Shown here: piece by piece, positions 19,501 to 28,598 of the stretch
Layout: each line of letters starts with the position of its first letter
Position numbering within the stretch: position 1 is the first letter of the stretch
Source of the DNA: Stramenopiles sp. TOSAG23-3
Taxonomy: Eukaryota
Length of the DNA: 44,226 nt
Assembly (NCBI GenBank): GCA_900128585.1
Contig: LT642175.1
Location: 1-44,226, forward strand
Direction: 5' to 3'
Position numbers and translations under genes: made by a program
The notes under the pieces: generated by a model
What the model saw: only the letters and a program-made list of their open reading frames with translations
Told to the model about the DNA's origin: nothing
Databases searched by the model: none

Positions 19501-20363
19501 TCCTTCTCGCCTTTCTCCTTCATGGTCAAAAAGAAGTTTTCTGTCTCTAACAGGGCGTCCTCGCGCGCAGCGCCGGTCAGGCCTTTAAGGGAGACACGCT
19601 TTCCGGGCATTTCCGTCGCCGGCGGGGGAGCGGCGTCGCTTTTCTCCGTGGTCTGTGGGGCGGCGGCCCCCGCCTTTGCGACTCGTTTCTTCTGCTTTTG
19701 CCCAAACATGCGTTCGAAGCCAGAAGTCTTTTTCTTCGGTTTCAACCCTCCCTTCGCTTTCTTATTCGTTTTCACAAAAACGCTCGCGATGGTCTTTCTT
19801 TTTTTCTGCGACGCCAAGGTGCATGCCCCTGCAACAGCGTTGCCCTTCTGTTCGTTCTTCGCCTTCTGCTCTCCCTTTGCATTAAACCCTTTCGTTTCCT
19901 CTTCCAACCGCACGTTCACCACGTTTTCCCGCCCTGATGCTGTGCTCTCTCTCACTCGAGACGGCTTTACCGTCTTGGGGGAAACAAAAATTTGATTCTC
20001 TTTTTCTTTCGCCGTCGACGTTTTGTACGCTGCAGTCAACTTTCTGACGTCGGTGTAAAAATTTTGGTCCCCCATCTGAACGCCTTCGTCTGTATATACA
20101 TCGGCGTATAGGCCGGTGAAACTTTGGAACGAGAGGGTCGCCTCCGGGTGGACTAGCGTTTGAAAAACCTCCAGCGGTAGTTTGGAGTCGTTTGTAATCT
20201 CGTACATGGTCGCAAACTCTTCGTACTTGAGCGACGCTTTACTAGATTGCGCGTACAAATTAAAAACGGCCCGCAGTTGAGCGGTGGCCTGGTCCGTAAA
20301 CGCGTTGGCCTTCGTGTTGAAAAACGCGGCTTGCCCCCCGGCTGGCGCAGTTACCGTCTCCAT
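16560..20363 (-). CDS. ATAD5: ATAD5/Elg1 RFC-like PCNA unloader large subunit, with PDZ-like insert
   Basis: MWSHKYRP (RFC box II), GPCGAGKS Walker A, AVYACAAELGYEVIEVNAS, IILFEEVD...DRGF and KRPIILTAN, which fit Elg1/ATAD5. First ATG at 20363. Confidence 0.88.
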   Translation of the reverse strand: METVTAPAGGQAAFFNTKANAFTDQATAQLRAVFNLYAQSSKASLKYEEFATMYEITNDSKLPLEVFQTLVHPEATLSFQSFTGLYADVYTDEGVQMGDQNFYTDVRKLTAAYKTSTAKEKENQIFVSPKTVKPSRVRESTASGRENVVNVRLEEETKGFNAKGEQKAKNEQKGNAVAGACTLASQKKRKTIASVFVKTNKKAKGGLKPKKKTSGFERMFGQKQKKRVAKAGAAAPQTTEKSDAAPPPATEMPGKRVSLKGLTGAAREDALLETENFFLTMKEKGEKEAILKRKRRESVARTAQETLRKDLMKQRQDHANFFAGKAINPFFKTVADRSQAARKKAASVVDNSAKAGLPSVQNESLLPRPVSWSLTDPSFCYHPELGKVLISKERPAEKVSVPQGTLLETPEPPFDTAGDAAGIPLCRWFDEKLEIASILGEEGKGNQAVPEVAQDALPTTLGEIPVYLEREDVQRQLDQMLLFANSMRKVEALPAVSRGQTFKLARTAIEKKLQSRKVVSAEKADPPPNGGRGNNSRSDDMWSHKYRPMRSSEVCGNAFAASSLVSWLKDFQKTRDESSCSSWDYYYDSDSDEEEENSSIVLMVGPCGAGKSAAVYACAAELGYEVIEVNASSTRGRSKILQLFGEATQSHRLPGIRAPDPAKVSDSSLPPEPKKRKVAKKRNSNAKQRAGKEAEQKSHASKSSIILFEEVDNVAMFEDAGDRGFFSAVQNLAKRSKRPIILTANTITEKLSNMKIKTIPFAKMPVSEVLQEAHLVCVAEGLKFDVVNLYLMTCLFHCDLRRIILTLQFWGKSNSKVSLKPVLNLPEGAQLPVEEFFRRTKETEDPGAEGSIEFLQFFRELNTIIDLEIDPFSLRMFGTLFGKDLGPALDLDAVAECPEYHGALPIDAQEQEETVPSLLPARRHQSVEVRFEGRGPLGLTLLETDNEDGLKIEGISNDRFTGSKMKNTIISPGWYLTHVNGVCVHSKSLAATGKIIKKAKRPMVVVCQNFFSASPPTNYILSPGERIAQYEFLTPVPGTTAGSETKDATTAADASKGSDSATELNKLVQFYESMSFVDIVSRPRRETCQGPEGKTFRQEWGLLQNPRAWHENPMVRTEPRNEDVLGEHIGRSLRGAQLADFQLFAKREPEPYALHENTVKGHAIWNEEIALLNLAGVEPSNALFYKAQSRGKELVETMEGSLPLRTVGVAPGSFCRHNVLLYAGIVRKMNMLENMRRKISKKRRFSHYFDTVCLDFDSSLFLHGFCN

Positions 20364-21625
20364 TGCCTGCCCTGGCCTACTGATCTTCTCCAAAAATACG
20401 AGCAAGGAGGAGGATAAGAAATGAACGAGCTATCCACACTATCTATGTCGTGTGTACAGAGACGAGATGGTTTGTGCGGGTAAACGTTCGTTTTGGTTTT
20501 CCTGTGTAGATTGAAATATGAAACTATTATCAAAATAAACCTTACCAATTACTAAATTGGTAGACCGACCGACGTATTTTTTTATTTTAATATAATTATT
20601 TATTATTATAATAATAGTCCGTCTTTCTTCTTCTACCGTAATAATATAATATTAATAAAAATAATAAAAATTTTATTATTATTTCTTATTCTTCATGTTG
20701 TGAGGCTGTTATGGTAGTTGAAAAAAAAAGAAGAAGAAAAAAGATGATATGCGCCTTTTTTTTTGTACTGTGGTGTGTATTTACTCTGTAACTCTGTATT
20801 AAGTATTACATAAAAAAAAAAGAAATAAAAATAAATAAATAAATAATAATTGACTTACTATACAAATCCAACTATTTAGACTACAGGTATACAATAGGAC
20901 AATAGGTAATCAAAAGGTTTTCTTCTTTTATATTTTAGATTATAAAATATTACTACAATATAACTTCCTATAATGACAATGCTTTTGTCTTTGTTATAGA
21001 ATATAGAGTACCGTAGTTGATTTAAATAGGATAGAAAGTTATTTAAACTAAATCACTAAACTGTACATATCTGTATTTTAAACTAGATATAAGTATCATA
21101 CAGTGAAATAATAAGTTAGACTAGTTATAGATAAAGTACACTACTTTTGACTTTTGCTTCTTTCTTTCTTTCTTCTTTAAAAAATTTGATATAATTAATA
21201 TAATCTATACTGTAGTATATATAGATATACCATTGGAATAATTATATTTTAAAGTTTTACCGCGAAATTCAAAAAACGTCCAAATAATATATTTATACTT
21301 GTATTTTGTATACTATATATAGGATATATTATAATGTGCCGGGATTATTCCACTCCTATTGAATTTAGTATTAAAACTCATAAACTATAAATAAATACAC
21401 TCTAAGGAATTAGAGGGAATACTACTACATTTTAAATTATTTTACTATTTTTAAACTATACAAAGAGAAGGCAATAGCACTATTACAAAGACGTAATAAA
21501 ATAATACTGAATTTATGTTATTTTATACTATACTTAATTTTGAGTTGTAGTAGTCTAAAATGAATTATAGTTTGTTTTAGTCGTCGTCCTAGCTTGTGAT
21601 CTTCTTGTTTTTGGCTTTTTGAATT

Positions 21626-21805
21626 GAAGAAGAAGAAGAAGAAGAAGAAGAAGAAGAAGAAAAAGAAGAAGAAAAAGAAGAAGAAAAAGAAGAAAAAGAA
21701 GAAGAAGAAGAAGAAGAAGGGAAAGAAGAAGAAGAAAGAAGAAGAAGAAGAAGAAAGAAGAAGAAAGAAGAAGAAAGAAGAAGAAAGAAGAAGAAAGAAG
21801 AAGAA
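21626..21805. repeat. (GAA)n-type microsatellite/purine tract
   Basis: Read directly from the sequence. Confidence 0.95.
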
Positions 21806-22215
21806 TCATCCCATCCCCCTCTCCACACGACCCAACCCGAACAAAAATAATTTTTAATAAAAATAATAATAATAATAATAAAACAACAACAACAACAAGA
21901 TGATGATGGTGGATCTTCTTCTTCTTCGATCGCGATCGATGCTTTCTTAAGCTAAGCTGCTTCCTTGGCTTTTGCTGCTTGAATGAATACGTTGTCATCC
22001 ATTCAAACGCAATAGTTCTTTTCTTTCCCTCTCCTGCACGAATAGAATGTACGAGGCGTCCTATCCAGAAATTTGGTACAAGGCATGTTTGAAGGCACGA
22101 ACCGAAAAATAAATTAATTAAGCATTCCCATTTTCTTGTGAATTGTTATTGGCAGTGGGTGGGCGTTTGCTTGTTTTTTACAAAACGTATAAGGGGTTGC
22201 CGTTGTGTTCTAAGT

Positions 22216-23205
22216 ATGAGCGGCACGGCAGGGGATACGGGCGGTGCGGACAGTACGGCCGCCCCCTCGTCTGTGGGGGGTCATGCTTACCTTCGTGAAA
22301 ACAGTTTTTTCACGTTTTCCCCCCTCGACATGATCGATGAGATATGCGTCGAGGCCGAAGGGAACATATGCGACGTGTTCGACGAGTTGGAGAGAGAGAT
22401 CGTTTCTTTGGCGGGCACTGTGACGCCGAACAAGTTGGGGATAATTTTCCAGGAACAAAACAAAACCCCGCCGTCCGTTTCCGGTGATATTGCGTTTCGA
22501 GAAGCCCTGGCCATATGCAAAGGTTCGGGTATGAGCGTAGAGCTAGACCATATTACGAAGGCGGACCCGCTGTTTTGCAGCACGGTCCGGGCGGGGGTCG
22601 ACCGGGGAATGGAAAAGGTCAACGCGGTCTACGATAAGTATATGGACAAGTTCGAAATGTATATATTGCGGAATATTTTCCCCGTTCCCCGCGGGCTTGT
22701 CGTCGATGCCGAGGACGACCCGTTGCACAGCATGCAGGTGCAGAACGAGACCTTGCTCCAGTCCACGTCGGAAGACGAGCGAAAAGTAGATGAAGACAGG
22801 TACCATTTGCAGCAAAGCATCATTAAATTACGGCGAGAATTCAAACGAACGTCCCGTGCGAGGGCAGTCGTCCGGGCAGAGATTGAAGACTTTCACCGCC
22901 ACGTACCGTTGCTCCAGAACTCTACATCGGCCATTGTGGACACGGGGGAGCCCTTGCGAGACGTTGTTTCGAAGCTATTGTCCCGGTCTCAAGCCGTCGT
23001 CCAGTTAGAGGGGAGCCTGAAGGTCACAGCAAGCCAGTTGAAAGAGAAGGGGCCGAAGCAAGTTGTTCTCGCGGGGAGAAAGCGACGGTTTTCAGAGATG
23101 TTTGAAGAAACGCGTACGATTCAGTCCCGCTTTTTGAATGCAAAGGACGGGGTGGGGGAAGCGTCCGTTGGGTCTGCCGTAGAACTAAGAAAATATTTAT
23201 CCTAA
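22216..23205 (+). CDS. MIS12: Kinetochore protein Mis12/Mtw1 homologue
   Basis: FFTFSPLDMIDEI and MDKFEMYILRNIFPVP match the two conserved Mis12 blocks; C-terminal coiled coil. ATG at 22216. Confidence 0.85.
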   Translation: MSGTAGDTGGADSTAAPSSVGGHAYLRENSFFTFSPLDMIDEICVEAEGNICDVFDELEREIVSLAGTVTPNKLGIIFQEQNKTPPSVSGDIAFREALAICKGSGMSVELDHITKADPLFCSTVRAGVDRGMEKVNAVYDKYMDKFEMYILRNIFPVPRGLVVDAEDDPLHSMQVQNETLLQSTSEDERKVDEDRYHLQQSIIKLRREFKRTSRARAVVRAEIEDFHRHVPLLQNSTSAIVDTGEPLRDVVSKLLSRSQAVVQLEGSLKVTASQLKEKGPKQVVLAGRKRRFSEMFEETRTIQSRFLNAKDGVGEASVGSAVELRKYLS

Positions 23206-23429
23206 CGGTATTTTTATAGTTGTGTACGCTGTTGTACGGCGACGAAGCGTGCGTTGAAGACAAAAGCGTGGAGGGCATGATGTACTAACATACGGTAAAT
23301 ACCCAGTGTGAATCACCTCCATACGTTACAACAAATTACATTAAAAATATACTCTGATGATTACTACTTATGAAGCGTATGATACATTACACAGACGCGC
23401 TACAGTGCTACGTTGGCCTCACCTTGGCC

Positions 23430-24042
23430 CTAGTCTTCTTTGCCCGGGTTGTTGGCAGCCTGTTCAATCTTTTCTTGCAATGCTGCGTTTTCCTTCTTCA
23501 AACGAGCGTTTTCAGACTTCAACGCCTCAACATCCACGCCAGCAGGGGCGCCTAAATACCTTTTGATGTACTCCACAGCGTTAGGTGGGCGTTCTGGTTC
23601 TTCGTAGAGTCCTACAAGAACTGTTGTTTGCGTAAAAGAGATGCGGTTAGTGGACATGTTAAAGCGAACGAGAGAGGGGGGGGGCGGGGGGGGGGGGCAG
23701 AGGGTTTACTTACCTTTGGTGAGGGCATCGATAACGCCACTCTTTTCCAGGTATTTCCTGAACTCTTCTTTCTTTGTGTCTGGTGTCTGCAAGGAGTAGA
23801 AGTAAGGGAGGCGGGGGTTAGCTAATGAAAATGGAGAATAATGAAGGTGGGAGCGATTTGAAGATCGACAGTGGAAACGTGCGTGGCAACACAAACGCAA
23901 AATGGAACGTGTGTGCTGCCCATCCATTCGTTCGTTCGTTCGTCCATTCGCGCGTGCCCGTCCGTCCGTCCGTCCGTTCGTCCGTTCGTCCGTTGAGTGA
24001 GAGAGGTGGGACTAGTTATATACGTACTTGGTAGGAACTCAT
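23430..24042 (-). CDS. MYCBP: c-Myc-binding protein / AMY-1 / FAP174 homologue; 3 exons (24042-24028, 23786-23714, 23620-23430)
   Basis: Spliced product MSSYQTPDTKKEEFRKYLEKSGVIDALTKVLVGLYEEPERPPNAVEYIKRYLG...; introns GTACGT..TTGCAG and GTAAGT..CAACAG, each with a CTAAC branch box; splicing restores the frame. Confidence 0.95.
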
Positions 24043-24807
24043 CCTTGTGTTTGTGAATTAAATATAGGCTCTTAAATATATAAAGTTGAACAATATAAAC
24101 AGTTGTTTCTGACTGACCAATTAAATTGATAAACTAATTTCCTTTCAAATTATACCTTTCCTTCTGTTCCATTAGAAAGTTAGACTTCATATAGTTTAAA
24201 AGGACTCGTTCCACTGAAAGAGAGGTTATATTATTATATAGTTAATCTTCTTCTTCCTTCTTCTTCTTCTTCCCTCCTCTTCTTCTCTTTTGTTGTTCCA
24301 CCACTGTAGTACGGTAGTATTATCATTATGTTCCTTTTTTTTCTTCTTAAAATAATTTAATTTTTTCCTTTTTAAAAAACAACAACAAAAGGAAGAACAA
24401 AGAAAGAAGAGAAGAAGACAGAATTATTTACAGGCCTGTGTCTATGTTACTTCGTGTATATAGAAACAAACGGAAAGTCGAAAAAAAATTGTCGTTTTTT
24501 ATTTATATGAGAACCTTTGCTGTCTCCATATTAAAGGTGTAACAGCTAAAGGAGCCGAAAATAATTCGAACGAAAACAAACGGAAAAAAAAATAATAACA
24601 TAAACAGAGCATTAACGAAATCATTATTTTTTCTTTCTTTCTTCATTTCCCTATATAAATCTTATAGCTAAAACTTCAATTAACTACGCCCTCTTTCTCT
24701 TCGGAGCTTCTATTTTTAGGGAAACAGTTTCAATTTTAACATATTAGTGTTAATGATAGGGTATGGAGCGTTTAAAAACCCCTACGTAAATTTTCCTGGT
24801 TTACACG

Positions 24808-26196
24808 TTACACCCCTACGTCTAGAAGGTCCACCCCGCCCCCGTGTGCGATCGTTTCCAAACTGCGCTGATGGATTATAAAGGCACCATAACTGTACTT
24901 CTTTTTTATCTTGCTGTACGCCGCTTCCCTTTCCACTTTGCTCAAATCAGCGCGAAGATTTGAATCAAGCTCTTTTTCCATTTGTATCACCTTCAGACCA
25001 TCGCTTATTAACTTCAAAGCGCATAAAATGCGAACCAGCATGACCGGGAAAAAGGGGGCAGTGGCAATGATCATGAAACTAAAATAATTGTGTGGGGACG
25101 AAAAATTGGGTGCCATTTCGAGCCCGCTCAACACATACTCACAAAACAAGCAAACCCCTGTAGTTATTAGAAATACCATCTCCCATATCGAGGAACGTCC
25201 GGCAAACAAATCACGATAAGATAAACGACAGATCCGTGACAAAATTATGGACGAGGACATAACTAAAATGACCTCTCCAGCTTGGAACATTTTAAAAATT
25301 GATTGCAAAGGGACAGGAATGTAGTCCTCGATTGCCGCTTTCAATTCAATCTTTGTATACAACTCCACCACGGTAGTATTGTCTGTTACCGTGTCCGTGT
25401 TGATGTACATTAAGTTGATGGGCTCGTCTGGGCCCATCATTGCAAAATACGACCTGGTGCAGTTGTGGTAAAATTGTTCGTTGGGACCAGGGGGTTTCGT
25501 CCCAGGCATGAGCGCGCACATGTTGTTGTACAATGTAGTCACCGACAAAATTTGGGCTACTGCATCGGAAGCCAGAAGCAGTAAAAGTGGAAATGCGCCT
25601 AAATACCGAATGCTTAGCTGCGATGCTAACAAAGGCAGTTCGTCGTTGTGCTGGTATACCAGCGCCTGCCCAAACTTAATCATGGCCCTGCCAAAAGAAA
25701 ACAGAAATAGTGGGCAGACGACCCCGATAAAAATCCCATGAACCGTCCACATAAAATGACGACGGACCACGTAATCGTATACGATTAAACCCCAAAATGC
25801 CAAAACAACAAAAACGGTGATCATGATGTAAACATGATGCTTCATTTGTTCCCCCAGTACAAGGAGGCGAGACAATGTGACTACCATAATCTGAAGAAGT
25901 AGTACAGGCAGAAACAAGTATAAATCGATTAGACCGTTCGTAAAATACCTCACCCCATAATAAATCAGCCCAAGAAAAACCATCAATCCATACATTGCAA
26001 ACGCAAATCGTTTTGCGCTCTGGATGTGCGCTTCTAAAATAAGCTTTTTCCATTTTCTCTTGTTGTCCCACAAATTTCGCAAATCCTCCCTGTGTTTTTC
26101 CACAAGAACTTTCCATTTTAACGCATAGTTTCCGACTGCCATCGATGGATTCCCCTGCGTTTCATTGAAAGGGCGAACACGGCTTTCTGAACGCAT
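24808..26196 (-). CDS. Uncharacterised multi-pass membrane protein
   Basis: Long ORF with many hydrophobic segments and a luminal-type loop containing N-x-S/T sites and two Cys; start uncertain (ATG 26196 or 26142). Confidence 0.75.
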   Translation of the reverse strand: MRSESRVRPFNETQGNPSMAVGNYALKWKVLVEKHREDLRNLWDNKRKWKKLILEAHIQSAKRFAFAMYGLMVFLGLIYYGVRYFTNGLIDLYLFLPVLLLQIMVVTLSRLLVLGEQMKHHVYIMITVFVVLAFWGLIVYDYVVRRHFMWTVHGIFIGVVCPLFLFSFGRAMIKFGQALVYQHNDELPLLASQLSIRYLGAFPLLLLLASDAVAQILSVTTLYNNMCALMPGTKPPGPNEQFYHNCTRSYFAMMGPDEPINLMYINTDTVTDNTTVVELYTKIELKAAIEDYIPVPLQSIFKMFQAGEVILVMSSSIILSRICRLSYRDLFAGRSSIWEMVFLITTGVCLFCEYVLSGLEMAPNFSSPHNYFSFMIIATAPFFPVMLVRILCALKLISDGLKVIQMEKELDSNLRADLSKVEREAAYSKIKKKYSYGAFIIHQRSLETIAHGGGVDLLDVGV

Positions 26197-26621
26197 TTCA
26201 ACCACAATGTTTTTCTGTTCCAAACACAAAGCAAAAAATAATACACAAAAGACCCGGTTGGCGTGGCAAATTGCTTCAAACGGTACCCAATTATGAAGAC
26301 GAAGTGCAAGGGGTGTAAAAGATCATTCACAAAAAGGTACTCATTCTTAATTTTTACATGTCCAGTATAATCTATATATGTAACGGAATTGATGTCGTCA
26401 TAAAATAAATAACCCACACCACCACACACCCCCCCCCACGCCCCCGCACCACCATTCTTCATCCCATCTCATACTTATAATATGTATACTTTGAATAATA
26501 AATCCCTATGAATAAATGTATAAATATGATTGACACTAACCAACCATACAGCATACCAGCCTATATGAGATAAGCCTGTTTCTATTTATAAAGCAAAAGC
26601 GATTCGCGTCACGTCGTTCGG

Positions 26622-26657
26622 GGGAGGGAGGGAGGGAGGGAGGGAGGGAGGGAGGGA
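26622..26657 (+). repeat. (GGGA)9 tract, potential G-quadruplex
   Basis: Read directly from the sequence; followed by (TTAA)5 at 26677-26696. Confidence 0.9.
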
Positions 26658-27434
26658 TCCTTGCTATTCAGTTCTATTAATTAATTAATTAATTAATAAT
26701 GCTATTGCGATATACAGCGAAGTACTTTTTGTGTTTCAAAAATATAAGTTGATGAATAGAGACTCCTCCTGTTATTCTTTGTTAAATAAATTAATAATAA
26801 ATAATTATTAATTATTCTTCTTCATATTATTATTTATTTTATTTCTTCCATCATCCTGTATAGTATTTATAGTATTAATATTAATAATAGTAGAATGTAT
26901 ACGACACAGGGAGGAGAGGTGTACCGTAGAGAAGAGGAAGAAGAAGGAGTGTTGTTGTATTTCGTCGTCGAGAGAGAAGAGAGTATAATAAAAAAAAAAT
27001 AATAATATTATTATTTTTTTTTATTATTATATTAGGGAAGTTCGTTAGTTATTATAGTTTGTTTGCGACGAAACAGACAGCATATTGTGATTAAAGCAGA
27101 AGAAATACCAAGACATTTTTTAATCCCTTCTGCCATTTAACATATCAGTGTGTCTTGTCCTCATTTGATACAGTCAGTATTGGTCAGCGTTTTAAACGGT
27201 TCATTTTTTGTTTTTTTCTTCTTGTTCGTTGAAAAAAAGAGCACATATATTTGCTTAGGGTGAACGTCCTGTCCTGTCCCACCTACAGGAAAAGACAGAG
27301 GGAGTTTGTGAGCTTTGGCAGAAAATTGGTTCGGCGAGAAGCGCGTTCTAACATTCCCGGTGAAAGAAATATATTTTAGTCGGGTGAATTAGTTACAGTG
27401 CCGCTATACACCGTCAACTTTTTCCAGTATCAAC

Positions 27435-28217
27435 ATGGACCTGGGGAACGCCGCACAATCGGCGGATATGCAACTTCTCTTCCAGAGGTACGCGGCGCAA
27501 ATGGCCCAGTTTCCTCAGTCTGCTAGCAACGTAGGAGGCCCAAGCACGTCGTACCAAAACAACGTTAGAGAAGGCGACGCACCGCTGGAGGAAGATGTGG
27601 GCATGCCGGCATCGTTCGGTCTTGCCCCGTTACCGGACGACGGGGGGGCGGACGATGGAGGGAACGTAGGAAATAGTAATAGTGCTTCAAGCGCAGACCA
27701 AGACCAAATTGGTCAATATTTTTCAAACACAAGTGCCCCGTGGATGGCGTCGGCGTCGAGGCACGTCCTCCCCGCCGGCTCCACGGAGGATGAACCGGTC
27801 TACGTCAATGCGAAGCAATATAAACGCATACTCCTTCGCAGGGAAGCTAGAAACAAACTAGAAGCAAAGTTCAAGTTGAAGCAAGGGCGAAAGAAATACT
27901 TGCACGAATCCAGACACCGCCACGCTTGTCGGCGGCAGCGCGGCCCAGGGGGGAGGTTCCTGTCGGCGGCGGAGAAAGAAGCATTGGCGAAAGCGGAGAG
28001 CCAGGCGGGGAGCAAAGATAGTGGTTCGAAATCGAAAGGCGATGTAAGCAGGGGGGAGAAAACGCCACAGAAGACAAAAGGTCGGGGTGGTGCGTCCAAA
28101 AGTAAAGTTGCAGGCGGCAGTTCGGGAAAAAAGAAGAGAACCAAACTAAGCACGGAAGGGGGCAAGAAAGCCGATAAAGGAAGCGGCGGGAGCAGCCCGA
28201 AGAAGCGAAGAGTGTAA
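27435..28217 (+). CDS. NFYA: CCAAT-binding factor subunit NF-YA/HAP2
   Basis: [24 protein letters not shown] and [22 protein letters not shown] are the two NF-YA core helices. Confidence 0.97.
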   Translation: MDLGNAAQSADMQLLFQRYAAQMAQFPQSASNVGGPSTSYQNNVREGDAPLEEDVGMPASFGLAPLPDDGGADDGGNVGNSNSASSADQDQIGQYFSNTSAPWMASASRHVLPAGSTEDEPVYVNAKQYKRILLRREARNKLEAKFKLKQGRKKYLHESRHRHACRRQRGPGGRFLSAAEKEALAKAESQAGSKDSGSKSKGDVSRGEKTPQKTKGRGGASKSKVAGGSSGKKKRTKLSTEGGKKADKGSGGSSPKKRRV

Positions 28218-28222
28218 TTTTC

Positions 28223-28412
28223 TTAAAACAAAAAAATTGGCTGTTATTTAAGTTAGTAAAATTTAGCTTTCTCATGTACCGCGAAAATGAATCTGCCCCT
28301 TTTGTCCATTAGAGGTTTACCTTCCTTCAATGTACTGCGAACGTTTCTCTGCTCTCGCCTTGTGGTTTTACTAATCAATATACCCTTGTCACTTAGTGTT
28401 GACTATTTCAGG
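28223..28412 (+). repeat. Dispersed 3'-gap repeat, long copy B
   Basis: Starts 6 nt after the NF-YA stop; aligns to the reverse complement of 14863-15017. Confidence 0.9.
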
Positions 28413-28598
28413 ACTAAATTGGTGGGAACGTGCCATTATTTGCATTTTTTAAATACGTGTATATTTATTGTAATTAGCACGAAATATAATTTTGTGATTC
28501 TTAAAAATTCTTGATACGATTGAGCGAATAATTCGTAAGAACGTATGAATCTTAAGAGTATGGTATGTACAGGAGGAGGCCTAGCCACCGCACAAATT

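Noticed and set aside
21555-21998. Poly-Lys, poly-Leu/Phe and poly-Ser ORFs (also 32166-32676, 29314-29954, 43404-43868)
   Set aside because: Translations of GAA/CTT microsatellites in AT-rich intergenic DNA.
23283-23306. TACTAAC...CAG after the MIS12 stop (similar boxes at 26534, 33078, 35166) as UTR introns
   Set aside because: Such 7-mers are expected several times by chance in AT-rich DNA, donors are weak, and the 35166 box is part of the dispersed repeat.
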